Assembly (NCBI GenBank): GCA_039831615.1
Contig: JBDOMX010000458.1
Span: 1 to 37,926, forward strand
From: Planctomycetaceae bacterium
GTDB lineage: Bacteria > Planctomycetota > Planctomycetia > Planctomycetales > Planctomycetaceae
DNA length: 37,926 nt
Direction: 5' to 3'
The notes beneath the pieces were generated by a model that was not told the origin of the DNA, searched no databases, and saw only the letters and a program-made list of their open reading frames with translations. Positions 18,206 through 26,641 of the stretch are shown piece after piece. Position 1 is the first letter of the stretch. Each line of letters begins with the position of its first letter. The position numbers were made by a program, and so were the translations under genes.

Positions 18206-19063
18206 ATGAATCAGGTGGACTATCTGGTCTTTGACATTGAGACGGTTGGCGACGGTAATCTGATTCAGCGCGTAAAGTATCCGGACTGCGAACTGTCTCC
18301 GCCCGAGGCGATTGCTCGGTTCCAGGCGGAGTTGCTTGAGCAGACCGGACGTGACGTATTGCCACCCACCTTCACCCTGCCGGTCTCCGTGGCGATCGCC
18401 AAAGTGAGGTCCGATTTCCAGCTGGTCGATCTGACGGTATTGGATGCGCCTGAGTATCGCCCCGAACAGATCACTCAGCGTTTCTGGCAGGGATGGACTC
18501 ACTATGAGCGTCCATGTTTTGTGACGTTCAACGGCCGAGGCTATGATCTGCCTGTGATGGAGCTGGCTGCTTTTCGATACGGCATCAGTCTGCCTGGCTG
18601 GTTCAACGTGGAATCACGTGCTTATGAACAGTCGCGAAACCGCTACAACATTTCGCAGCACATCGATCTATATGACCTGTTTTCAAATTTCGGTGCGATG
18701 CGAATGAACGGTGGCCTGAATCTCATGGCCAACCTGATCGACAAGCCGGGCAAATCGGGCGTCGATGGATCGCAGGTGCAGCAGATGTACTATGATGGCC
18801 AGTTGGACGAAATCAACGACTACTGTCGCTGTGATGTCCTGGACACCTACTTTGTCTTCCTGCGGAGCCGAGTGTTACTTGGGCGGTTGACCCTGGACGA
18901 AGAACAGGAACTGGTCCAGCTGACGCGTATGATGCTGGAAGAGCAGGCGGACGATCACCCGGCTTATCGACACTATCTCCAGCACTGGGATCAGCGAGTT
19001 GATTGTGGAGTGTCGTCGGAAACACAGAGCAAAGAATTGCTGCCAGCGGAGAAAGCATCATAG
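18206..19063 (+). CDS. stand-alone DEDDy 3'-5' exonuclease related to the PolB exonuclease domain (DNA_pol_B_exo2-like)
   Basis: ExoI is LVFDIET (D at 18233, E at 18239), ExoII is [10 protein letters not shown] and ExoIII is [11 protein letters not shown] strong SD (AGGGAGG) lies 6 nt before the ATG. Confidence 0.85.
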   Translation: MNQVDYLVFDIETVGDGNLIQRVKYPDCELSPPEAIARFQAELLEQTGRDVLPPTFTLPVSVAIAKVRSDFQLVDLTVLDAPEYRPEQITQRFWQGWTHYERPCFVTFNGRGYDLPVMELAAFRYGISLPGWFNVESRAYEQSRNRYNISQHIDLYDLFSNFGAMRMNGGLNLMANLIDKPGKSGVDGSQVQQMYYDGQLDEINDYCRCDVLDTYFVFLRSRVLLGRLTLDEEQELVQLTRMMLEEQADDHPAYRHYLQHWDQRVDCGVSSETQSKELLPAEKAS

Positions 19064-19346
19064 CGACAGCGAAGTCGAGTTGAAGATCCGGCAACGGGCT
19101 GAAAAACGGTGAGTGAGCAGGTTGTCAACCAGCCTGCGGGTCGGTTCGGCCGCAATCACAGTTCATGGAACCAGCTGTGCACGACGAAGTTTCCGTGCAG
19201 CAGGCGGGAACCGCGGGCCTGCAGGTTGCGAGCACCAACAATCAGTCAATCGCCCGGGAGTGTCGATTGGTTGCCGGCGTACTCCACAAGCCTGACTGAT
19301 CCTGGCCTGGACCGGCTGACTCGGAATCTCTGCCGACGCCTGGATC

Positions 19347-22300
19347 TCATTCGCGCGTCGCTTCGCTGGTCGAGAAATCAAACTCGACGGCGCGCTCGTC
19401 GAAGTTGACCGTGAATTTTTGGTCGCCATCGAATCTTAACGCATGGTACGACAGGCTTGTTCCCAGATTGTTGTCCTCGTACAGCACATTGCCGGTATTC
19501 ACGTCCAAAATCCTGGCGGCGTAATCGGCGCCCAAACTCGGGGGCGTTTTTCGACGTTGGCGGCTGAGGAGTATCAGGAGCGGTGCGGAAGGCAATGCCG
19601 GCGACCGGCCTGCGCTGAGGGTTCGAAGATACTCGTCGTGTGCGTTTCTCGTCCACACGATCGAGCCGTTCCGAATGTCAATCCCGAGAATTGGTCCGTT
19701 CAGTGGAACGGCATCACCTACGATCAGGGGTTCTGACTCAGTGTTGGGGGCGTACGTGAGGATCATCAGTCGATTCTGAGACCGCCTTAGATAAAGCTGC
19801 TCACACCCGGCAATGAGTGGAACACTCTGATCAACGATCAGCGATCCATCTGCGACCTGTCGGATCTGGATCTGACTGTCATCGGACAACGTTGCAATCA
19901 GTCCTTCACACACGTTCGAAAAAACGGAGTTGGTCGGGAGGTCTGTCTGCCAGGCCAGGCCAGGGCCGGTGGTGCTCATGGACGCGAGATCATACGATTT
20001 CAGCATCGCCTGATCCGGCTGCAGAGTAAACACCAGGCAGTGGGTACCTTCCACCACGATCCGCCACGGGTATTCCACCCCGTCTTCGAGATCAATATGC
20101 CGGACGGAAGTGTCGTACAATGAATTCCCTTCTCCCCACCAGTCCGGCAGCCGTCCGGATTGCCGCACCGAACCGTCACGCAGATTGCGTACCTGAATCT
20201 GACCGGTCGATTCAGAAATCAGACACAATTGATCATCACTGGCGGCCATTCGGGTGTCATCCGGAATGCCATCCTGGATCCACATATGCTGCCCGGTCCA
20301 CGGATTGAGGACAATTAGCCGCCGACCTCGGAAGAGTGGTAACCCAAATTCAGTCAACGGCCCGATCGGAGCGAGCGCATCGGGCTGTCGGTCGTAGACA
20401 GTCGTCCGTTCCCAGGCGCGAAGGTCTTCCTGATATTCTGTTGCATTCGGCAGCACGTCATTGAGTTCGACGGTCCACAGGATTTGTGGTGGCCCCTCCG
20501 CACCGTCAAGCATGTACAAACGATCATTGTCATTCAGGGCAAGCAGCCTTCCACAGGCGACGGCGTAGTCTGTCCTCTGTGGGCGAAAGCCGTTGGGCTG
20601 AATCTGAATCCCATTGTTGTCGGCCGGATTAAAGACCCAGCGGCGCTTTCCCTGACTATCGATGGCAAGAATTCCCGGCTGGGCATGAAGTCGGGCCAAC
20701 TGCCATCCTCGATAGACTCCTGGGGTTCCGTGCAGGGGGATCAGGGTTCGCGGAGCTCCTTGTATTGAAGTGAGTGGCTGTTGATTTGCCGTATGTGCAT
20801 CACCAACGACCACTTGAGGAACCTTATTAAGTGGAACGGGTGGCACCTGACGTAGCAGGAGGTCAGCGACTCGGCCAAGGTCGTCGTTCCCCGGTCCTTG
20901 CGGCTCGCGGCCAACCTGTTCCCAGGCGTCAAAGGTCAACGTGTCAGTCGCATGCCAGGATTCTTTCAGTTGCAAAAGGGCCCGCTGGGAATCCAGCCAT
21001 CCAGCAGATCTCGATGCAAGGAGTTGAGGCACCAGGGCCCGTTGAGTTGAGACAGGGATCCGATTCAACGCGGGTTCCTGAAGCGGCAGCAAACAGTCGA
21101 CTAGCCCGGCCATCCAGCAAAAATACAATGGATCCGGGAATAACTGATTGTGTGACGTCTCGTCCATCATTGCCTGGACGGTTGGGCGAATCCGACCGAC
21201 AGCCTGTTTTCGCGACGCTTCATCAAAGCGGCTCAGCGCCGTTTGGACTGCGGCAGCAGTTCGATGAGTTGCCAGCAGCCTAACCCGACCAACCTGCAAC
21301 AGTCGTTGCCGGTGCGTCAACGCCGTTTCAATGATTTCCAGAACCTGCGTCACGAATTCGTTGATCGTCAGGTCAGTTTGCGTTGTCAGCCCGTCAACAA
21401 TGAGTTGGTCGAGTCGGTTCTTGTGGGCGCTTTTGGCACGGACGGCGTCCCAGTATTCCGCAAACACGGCCGTGTCGTGCAGTGTCAAACCGAGTGCCGC
21501 ACCAATCGCATCGGCAATCTGGACGGGTGTGAGTGTGTCTGCCGCGATTAACTGTGTGAGTAGCGGAACGCGATGCAGATTCCGTCGGTAATCCAGACGA
21601 ATGGATTCCAGCAATTGCCGGATCAGGAGGTGTCGTGCCCGCGCTGGCTGGTCGTCGGTGGACATTTGCACATGATCGACCAGACGCTGGATGACGGCAT
21701 CAGGAGGATCGGAATTCAGCAGCAGATTTTCAATGACTGCCAGTTGAGAGTCGATTGAGGTTTCATCAGGTTTCCAGCTGTCCACACTTGTGGCAGACTG
21801 GGCGATCAATTGTCCCGATACGCTTAGCAGGTTGCCGATAGCAGAATCTGACAACCGCTGATCCAGCAGCCGACGTCCATCTGCGATATTGACGATGAGA
21901 ATGTGCCCCTGCCGTGTGGGAAGGTAGATCAGCCGCTGCGTGGCGGCAGGCTGAGCGGAAATCTCTGCCTCGGTGAATTCCTGTTGCCAGACAATGCTGC
22001 CATCTTTGATTTTTGCTGCGACGAGGCGAGTTGTCCCGGCAAGAACAATGACAGACTCATTGAGTGCGGCCACATAACGCAGATCGCCTCTCGGTCTCGA
22101 CCAATGCTCCCGTCCTGTATGAAGATCTACACAGATAATTTGGTCGGAGTCACGCGGCATTAGCAGAACGTGAGATCCCATGATGCGAATGAGCGAATCG
22201 TGAGGACGAAGCTGGCCGTCCCGCCGTCGCGAGTCGTCGTCGCTGGTGGCATTGCCGAATACCGGGTTACCGCCACCGATTTCTTTGGGCCGAACGTTCG

Positions 22301-24053
22301 CTCGATAGCGATAGACCCATTCGATCGACAAATCATCGGCGGCCAGGCCGAGCACCTGTTCATCGCAGCCGGTGCAGATGAGCAGGCCGTCACTGAAGCT
22401 CGGACTTGTTCCGCAATAGCGACGCAACGGATGCACCGGTAATTCATAAAGTGGCACAGAAAGTAATTGCCGATCCACAACTTCGAACTGCATTTCTGCG
22501 TCCGGTGCTGCAGACTCGGACCTCAGACGGAGATCCAGAAGATGGATTCCATGGGAATCTTCAACCAGAATCAGGATGCGGTCCTCCAGCAGCAGAGGAG
22601 CTCCAAGAAAGCAGCTGGCGGCGAGTGGGTCCGTCCGTCCGGACTTGGCGGGTGCCATGAGACCACCTGCCTGTCCGAGGAGTCTTCCCGTCGCGACGTC
22701 GTACACCCGCAGGACATTAAAGTTCAGGGCCTGAACATTTGGCGGAGGTTCTGCCATCGCCGAAATTGGTCCCTGTGATGTTTCTTCAACACTAAAAAGA
22801 AATTGCCCATCACTGACGAGCTGCCCTCGAATATGGTTGCGGGGTGCATCGAGTACGATGTGATCCAGCGTTCGCGCGGCAAACTGCTGACTCTGGTCGT
22901 CCGCCCACGTGATTGCCGATTGCAGCTGACGATTAAAGCGGCTTGATTCCCATACCTGGTCACCCCCAGACCGACTGACCGCCTGCAGATTGCCAATTCC
23001 CTGAAATACAACCAGATCATCGGTCACGATGGGACGAGCTGGTGAGATCGGTGCATCGGCGACACCTGACAAGACACGCTGTTCCAGCCGTTGCAGTTTG
23101 CTGTTCAATTCAGAGTTCGGACGCGAGCGGAACAGTGTTCTTTGCCAAGCCATTGTCATGCGGGCCGGTTGTTGCTCCTGGAGTCCCGTTCGAGCTGCGT
23201 TTCCCTGTGGCTGCAGCCATGTCGACGGATGTTCCGGGACCCTGAACGACAACTCATTGCTGACCCAGCCTGCAACCGCGTCCGGCGAGTCCGGCAGCCG
23301 GAGCTGCCGAACTCGAAAGTTCACAGTCGACCCATACCCGTTTCGTTCTGCTAATCGGCGGACCGCGTGCTGAGATTCCTGCGAGAACCCAGCCTGAAGC
23401 CAGAGTTCTGCAAGCAGCATCTGCATTTCCGTAGTCGGTTCCGCAGTTCTGCCCGGCAGTCGGTGAAGGATCATGGCGGCATTCAGCGGATCGCCGCGTG
23501 CCATTGAATCCGTGACGAGATACCCGACAACGGTGGCAGACGAGTGGCAGCATTCGTATCGCTGGACCAGCCTCAGCATTTCCCGGCGATCTCCCCGCTG
23601 CAAAGCATCCTGCAGGCTGCGTTGCGCTGCACCATCGTATTGCCGTTGGTACTCATCGCGAAACGCCGGTGGTGACGCGCGATAGATTTCACGCAGTTGT
23701 TCTCGAGCACCGGCACGTGACTGATGCTGTCCAGGGCGAAGAGTTTGCGTGCCGGCAAATCGAACCTCGGGGGCCTGGTCTTCGCCATCGTGGAGTTGCT
23801 TCCATGCCGTGTCGAATGACTGAGCCGCATCCAGCCAGCGTTCCTGAACAATCGAGTTCCGCAGGCTTGTCAGCAGTGGTTCCACCTGGACGTCGATGTC
23901 TGCCGGATCGGCGTCGTCCTGAGCGGCGGCGGGGATCGTCAGCAAAATGACGGCGATGAGTGGCTTGACAGTCGGCACAGACGGATGACTCGGTGAAAGG
24001 CGGACGGGAGCGTCGGATCGAATCCTGCGGAATATGCGATCTATACCGACCAT
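19347..24053 (-). CDS. giant secreted PQQ-like (BamB-family) beta-propeller repeat protein with helical N-terminal and central regions
   Basis: 1568-aa ORF. The signal-like segment is KPLIAVILLTIPAAAQDD. There are more than 12 repeats of the form hhhxDxxtGxxxW, for example ICVDLHTGREHWS, LVAAKIKDGSIVWQQ, ILGIDIRNGSIVWTR and IVLNPWTGQHMWIQ. An alternative GTG start about 27 codons in is possible. Confidence 0.85.
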   Translation of the reverse strand: MVGIDRIFRRIRSDAPVRLSPSHPSVPTVKPLIAVILLTIPAAAQDDADPADIDVQVEPLLTSLRNSIVQERWLDAAQSFDTAWKQLHDGEDQAPEVRFAGTQTLRPGQHQSRAGAREQLREIYRASPPAFRDEYQRQYDGAAQRSLQDALQRGDRREMLRLVQRYECCHSSATVVGYLVTDSMARGDPLNAAMILHRLPGRTAEPTTEMQMLLAELWLQAGFSQESQHAVRRLAERNGYGSTVNFRVRQLRLPDSPDAVAGWVSNELSFRVPEHPSTWLQPQGNAARTGLQEQQPARMTMAWQRTLFRSRPNSELNSKLQRLEQRVLSGVADAPISPARPIVTDDLVVFQGIGNLQAVSRSGGDQVWESSRFNRQLQSAITWADDQSQQFAARTLDHIVLDAPRNHIRGQLVSDGQFLFSVEETSQGPISAMAEPPPNVQALNFNVLRVYDVATGRLLGQAGGLMAPAKSGRTDPLAASCFLGAPLLLEDRILILVEDSHGIHLLDLRLRSESAAPDAEMQFEVVDRQLLSVPLYELPVHPLRRYCGTSPSFSDGLLICTGCDEQVLGLAADDLSIEWVYRYRANVRPKEIGGGNPVFGNATSDDDSRRRDGQLRPHDSLIRIMGSHVLLMPRDSDQIICVDLHTGREHWSRPRGDLRYVAALNESVIVLAGTTRLVAAKIKDGSIVWQQEFTEAEISAQPAATQRLIYLPTRQGHILIVNIADGRRLLDQRLSDSAIGNLLSVSGQLIAQSATSVDSWKPDETSIDSQLAVIENLLLNSDPPDAVIQRLVDHVQMSTDDQPARARHLLIRQLLESIRLDYRRNLHRVPLLTQLIAADTLTPVQIADAIGAALGLTLHDTAVFAEYWDAVRAKSAHKNRLDQLIVDGLTTQTDLTINEFVTQVLEIIETALTHRQRLLQVGRVRLLATHRTAAAVQTALSRFDEASRKQAVGRIRPTVQAMMDETSHNQLFPDPLYFCWMAGLVDCLLPLQEPALNRIPVSTQRALVPQLLASRSAGWLDSQRALLQLKESWHATDTLTFDAWEQVGREPQGPGNDDLGRVADLLLRQVPPVPLNKVPQVVVGDAHTANQQPLTSIQGAPRTLIPLHGTPGVYRGWQLARLHAQPGILAIDSQGKRRWVFNPADNNGIQIQPNGFRPQRTDYAVACGRLLALNDNDRLYMLDGAEGPPQILWTVELNDVLPNATEYQEDLRAWERTTVYDRQPDALAPIGPLTEFGLPLFRGRRLIVLNPWTGQHMWIQDGIPDDTRMAASDDQLCLISESTGQIQVRNLRDGSVRQSGRLPDWWGEGNSLYDTSVRHIDLEDGVEYPWRIVVEGTHCLVFTLQPDQAMLKSYDLASMSTTGPGLAWQTDLPTNSVFSNVCEGLIATLSDDSQIQIRQVADGSLIVDQSVPLIAGCEQLYLRRSQNRLMILTYAPNTESEPLIVGDAVPLNGPILGIDIRNGSIVWTRNAHDEYLRTLSAGRSPALPSAPLLILLSRQRRKTPPSLGADYAARILDVNTGNVLYEDNNLGTSLSYHALRFDGDQKFTVNFDERAVEFDFSTSEATRE

Positions 24054-24586
24054 CTTCGCACAGTCGGACTGCGCTTTCCATGTGTACGTTAAAAAGATGA
24101 TTCGTGCGGCGGCCGGCGATTTTCACTTGAGCGGTCGTGATTCTTCAAGTGGTTCGGCTGATCGTCTGTTACCGGAATTCAAGCTGCAGCCGCCTTCTGC
24201 GCATTCCAGTCAAAACTTCTTGACCGGCAAAAACCGCAACCTAGGTTACAGCGGAAAGATTCAGACTGGGTGGTCAGCCCGGTGTTTGGGAACGCTCTCT
24301 TTAATTGCACGGCTCTTGCGAGGGCAAGCGGCGTTCCGTCATCAGATTTCTGGACTGAGGTGCGCCATGTTGCCGTACTGGATTGAACTGTCTTCATCGG
24401 ACTTGATGCAGGGAACAGCCTTTCTGGTGACCCTGGCCACGATCTTTAGTCTGCAGTTTCTGCTGCCGACCGGACGCGTTTGAATCGGATCGGTTGATTC
24501 TGACAAATGGAGTCATCGGTGCTGGATATTCCCCAGCCAAACAACTCATAACAAATTGCGCAACCCCGTGTAGAGGACTGGAAACG

Positions 24587-25138
24587 ATGGACTGGAATGA
24601 ACTGCTAATCAACAACTGGCATGTCAAACTGGTATCGGCTGTTTTGATTCTGGCGGCCTGGATCGACGGCAAAGAGTTAAAAGTGCCTAACTGGATTACG
24701 TTTCCCATGGTCCTGTGCGGACTGATTTACAGCACCTGCGAAGGTGGCTGGGGCGGTTTGGGCGCAGGTTTGGCTGGAATGGCGATGGGTTTGGCGTGTC
24801 TGCTGCCGCTTTACTCTGTGGGTGGAATGGGTGCCGGCGACGTGAAACTCATGGCCGGAATCGGAGCCTGGCTGGGGTGGCAGATCACCCTGGCAGCATT
24901 CATCGTTTCTGTCGTCGTTGGGGCGGTCATGGCTGTTTTGATGGTGCTGTACAGCGGCGCGTGGAAGAAACACTATGAGAATTTCCTGACGATACTTTCT
25001 GAGTGGGTCGTCATTCGAGATCCCTACGAACTTTCCCGCATTGCCGCGGAACGCAAGCCAACCATGGCCTTGCTGCCGTATGGGATTCCTATCTGCATTG
25101 GATCAATCGGATACTTCCTGTATTCCGGGCTGATGTAG
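24587..25138 (+). CDS. cpaA: A24-family prepilin peptidase (CpaA/TadV type)
   Basis: 183 aa and polytopic. The two catalytic Asp contexts are AAWIDGKELKVPN and GMGAGDVKLMAGIGAWLG. Confidence 0.85.
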   Translation: MDWNELLINNWHVKLVSAVLILAAWIDGKELKVPNWITFPMVLCGLIYSTCEGGWGGLGAGLAGMAMGLACLLPLYSVGGMGAGDVKLMAGIGAWLGWQITLAAFIVSVVVGAVMAVLMVLYSGAWKKHYENFLTILSEWVVIRDPYELSRIAAERKPTMALLPYGIPICIGSIGYFLYSGLM

Positions 25139-25380
25139 GACATTAAGGCGATGTGGAAACTGCCATAACAATGCGGATTCCACGGGTGGACATTTCCTGG
25201 ATTTGTTTTCCTGTCAGCATTCTCTGAAGCGACGTTTTCGTCTGTGCCGATGAAGATGCTGGTGGGGCATGGTTTGATCCTGCGGCCTCTGCCTGTACCA
25301 CGGGTTTTGCCGGAATTCCACGATTCCGGCGAATTCAACCGAAGTACGGCGGACCCAACGGGCAACCGGAGGTTTCACCG

Positions 25381-26475
25381 ATGAAAAGTCAGACTCTAAT
25401 TCTGCTGATTGTGGCTGCCGGTTGCGGCTTGGTTGCCATGCTGGGTGTTCAGCAGGTGCTGAACAACAAGGGGGAAGATGATACCGAGAAGGTTCAGGTC
25501 CTTCAGGCGTCGGCCGACGTTGCCATGGGGCAGACGCTCAACGAGGTCAACACGCAATTTGTAACGGTGGACGTTAACACCGTTCCGGACGGCGCTGTCA
25601 CTGACCTTGAGCAGATCACAAATCGAGCTGTACTGATTCCGGTAAATATCGGTGACTGGATCACCGAGAAGAAACTGGGACCGCCCGGTTCGAGTGGAGT
25701 TACGATCAGGATTCCTGACGGAATGCAGGTGTCCACGATTCCGGTGGACCCGACAACGAGTCACAGCGGAATGCTGCAGCCTGGTCATCGCGTCGACTTG
25801 ATGATTAACTATGAAGACAAGAACGAACTTGGAGATCGAATTCAAAAGGTAAGACGAATTCTGCAGTACGTGGAAGTCTTTGCCGTGGACAACAAGGTTT
25901 ATGGATTGAACGACGACGGTCAGGCAGGCAAAGCCAAGAATATCTCTTTGCTGGTCACTCCTGATCAGGCTTTGTTTCTGGAACTGGCAAAAACACAGGG
26001 GAGAATGTCGACGGTTCTGCGTCGTAATGGGGACGATACAGAACTGGCGGCCGACGAATTGTCAGCCGACGAATTGGAGGGCAAACTGCCGAACGTCAAC
26101 CTGGCGTCAGCACTTGATACGAAGCTGGTACCCGAATTTGATGACGAACAGGAGTCAGCGGATTCACTCCTGCAGGATTTGCAGGACGAATTCCGGGGAT
26201 TTGAAACAGGTCCCGCTTTGACAGGAAGTGATGAAGTGATGCCGGTTGCGGAAGAGACATGGCAAATTGCGATCTGGGAAGGAACGAACGTACGAGTGGA
26301 TATCGTCAATCTCAATTCAGATCTGCCGATTCCATCGGATACAATTGCACCTGCACCTGCAACGCGCGCCCCGGGGGGCATGCAGGTACCGGTGCCACCG
26401 GATGGTGGGCTTGAGGGACTGCTTGAGGGGCTGAAAGATGCACCCTCAGATCTCTGGAGCCTGTTCGGGGAATAA
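25381..26475 (+). CDS. cpaB: Flp pilus assembly protein CpaB/RcpC with a long acidic C-terminal extension
   Basis: It has an N-terminal TM helix (LILLIVAAGCGLVAMLGV), SAF-like and RcpC-like regions, and then a roughly 150-aa Asp/Glu-rich tail. GGAGG lies 9 nt before the ATG. Confidence 0.85.
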   Translation: MKSQTLILLIVAAGCGLVAMLGVQQVLNNKGEDDTEKVQVLQASADVAMGQTLNEVNTQFVTVDVNTVPDGAVTDLEQITNRAVLIPVNIGDWITEKKLGPPGSSGVTIRIPDGMQVSTIPVDPTTSHSGMLQPGHRVDLMINYEDKNELGDRIQKVRRILQYVEVFAVDNKVYGLNDDGQAGKAKNISLLVTPDQALFLELAKTQGRMSTVLRRNGDDTELAADELSADELEGKLPNVNLASALDTKLVPEFDDEQESADSLLQDLQDEFRGFETGPALTGSDEVMPVAEETWQIAIWEGTNVRVDIVNLNSDLPIPSDTIAPAPATRAPGGMQVPVPPDGGLEGLLEGLKDAPSDLWSLFGE

Positions 26476-26591
26476 TACGAAACAATTGGGGAGCTGTCAG
26501 GCAGGTTTGTGGCGGGGGCTTATCAGCCACAGGTCGTCTGCTCAGGACACGATACTTTCGATTCGCGCGGAGCGCGTTATGAGTTGGGGAT

Positions 26592-26617
26592 GCGGTTCCG
26601 GTTTAGGCCGGAACCGC
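26592..26617 (+). promoter_or_regulatory. perfect 10-bp GC-rich intercistronic hairpin between cpaB and cpaC
   Basis: GCGGTTCCGG-tttagg-CCGGAACCGC, read directly, followed by tcttcc. It ends 24 nt before the cpaC ATG and just before that gene's AGGAG. Its function is unknown. Confidence 0.5.
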
Positions 26618-26641
26618 TCTTCCACGCTCAGGAGAGCACGG

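Noticed and set aside
24034-24483. A 149-aa ORF in the divergent region between the giant gene and cpaA.
   Set aside because: Its 5' end overlaps the start of the giant gene on the other strand, and most of the translation is Ser/Arg/Gly-rich noise. Only its last 38 codons were kept, as a low-probability small ORF.
25250-25384. A 44-codon ORF whose TGA overlaps the cpaB ATG (ATGA), considered as a possible pilin or coupled leader peptide.
   Set aside because: The product (MKMLVGHGLILRPLPVPRVLPEFHDSGEF...) has no hydrophobic pilin helix or Flp motif. The overlap is probably coincidental.
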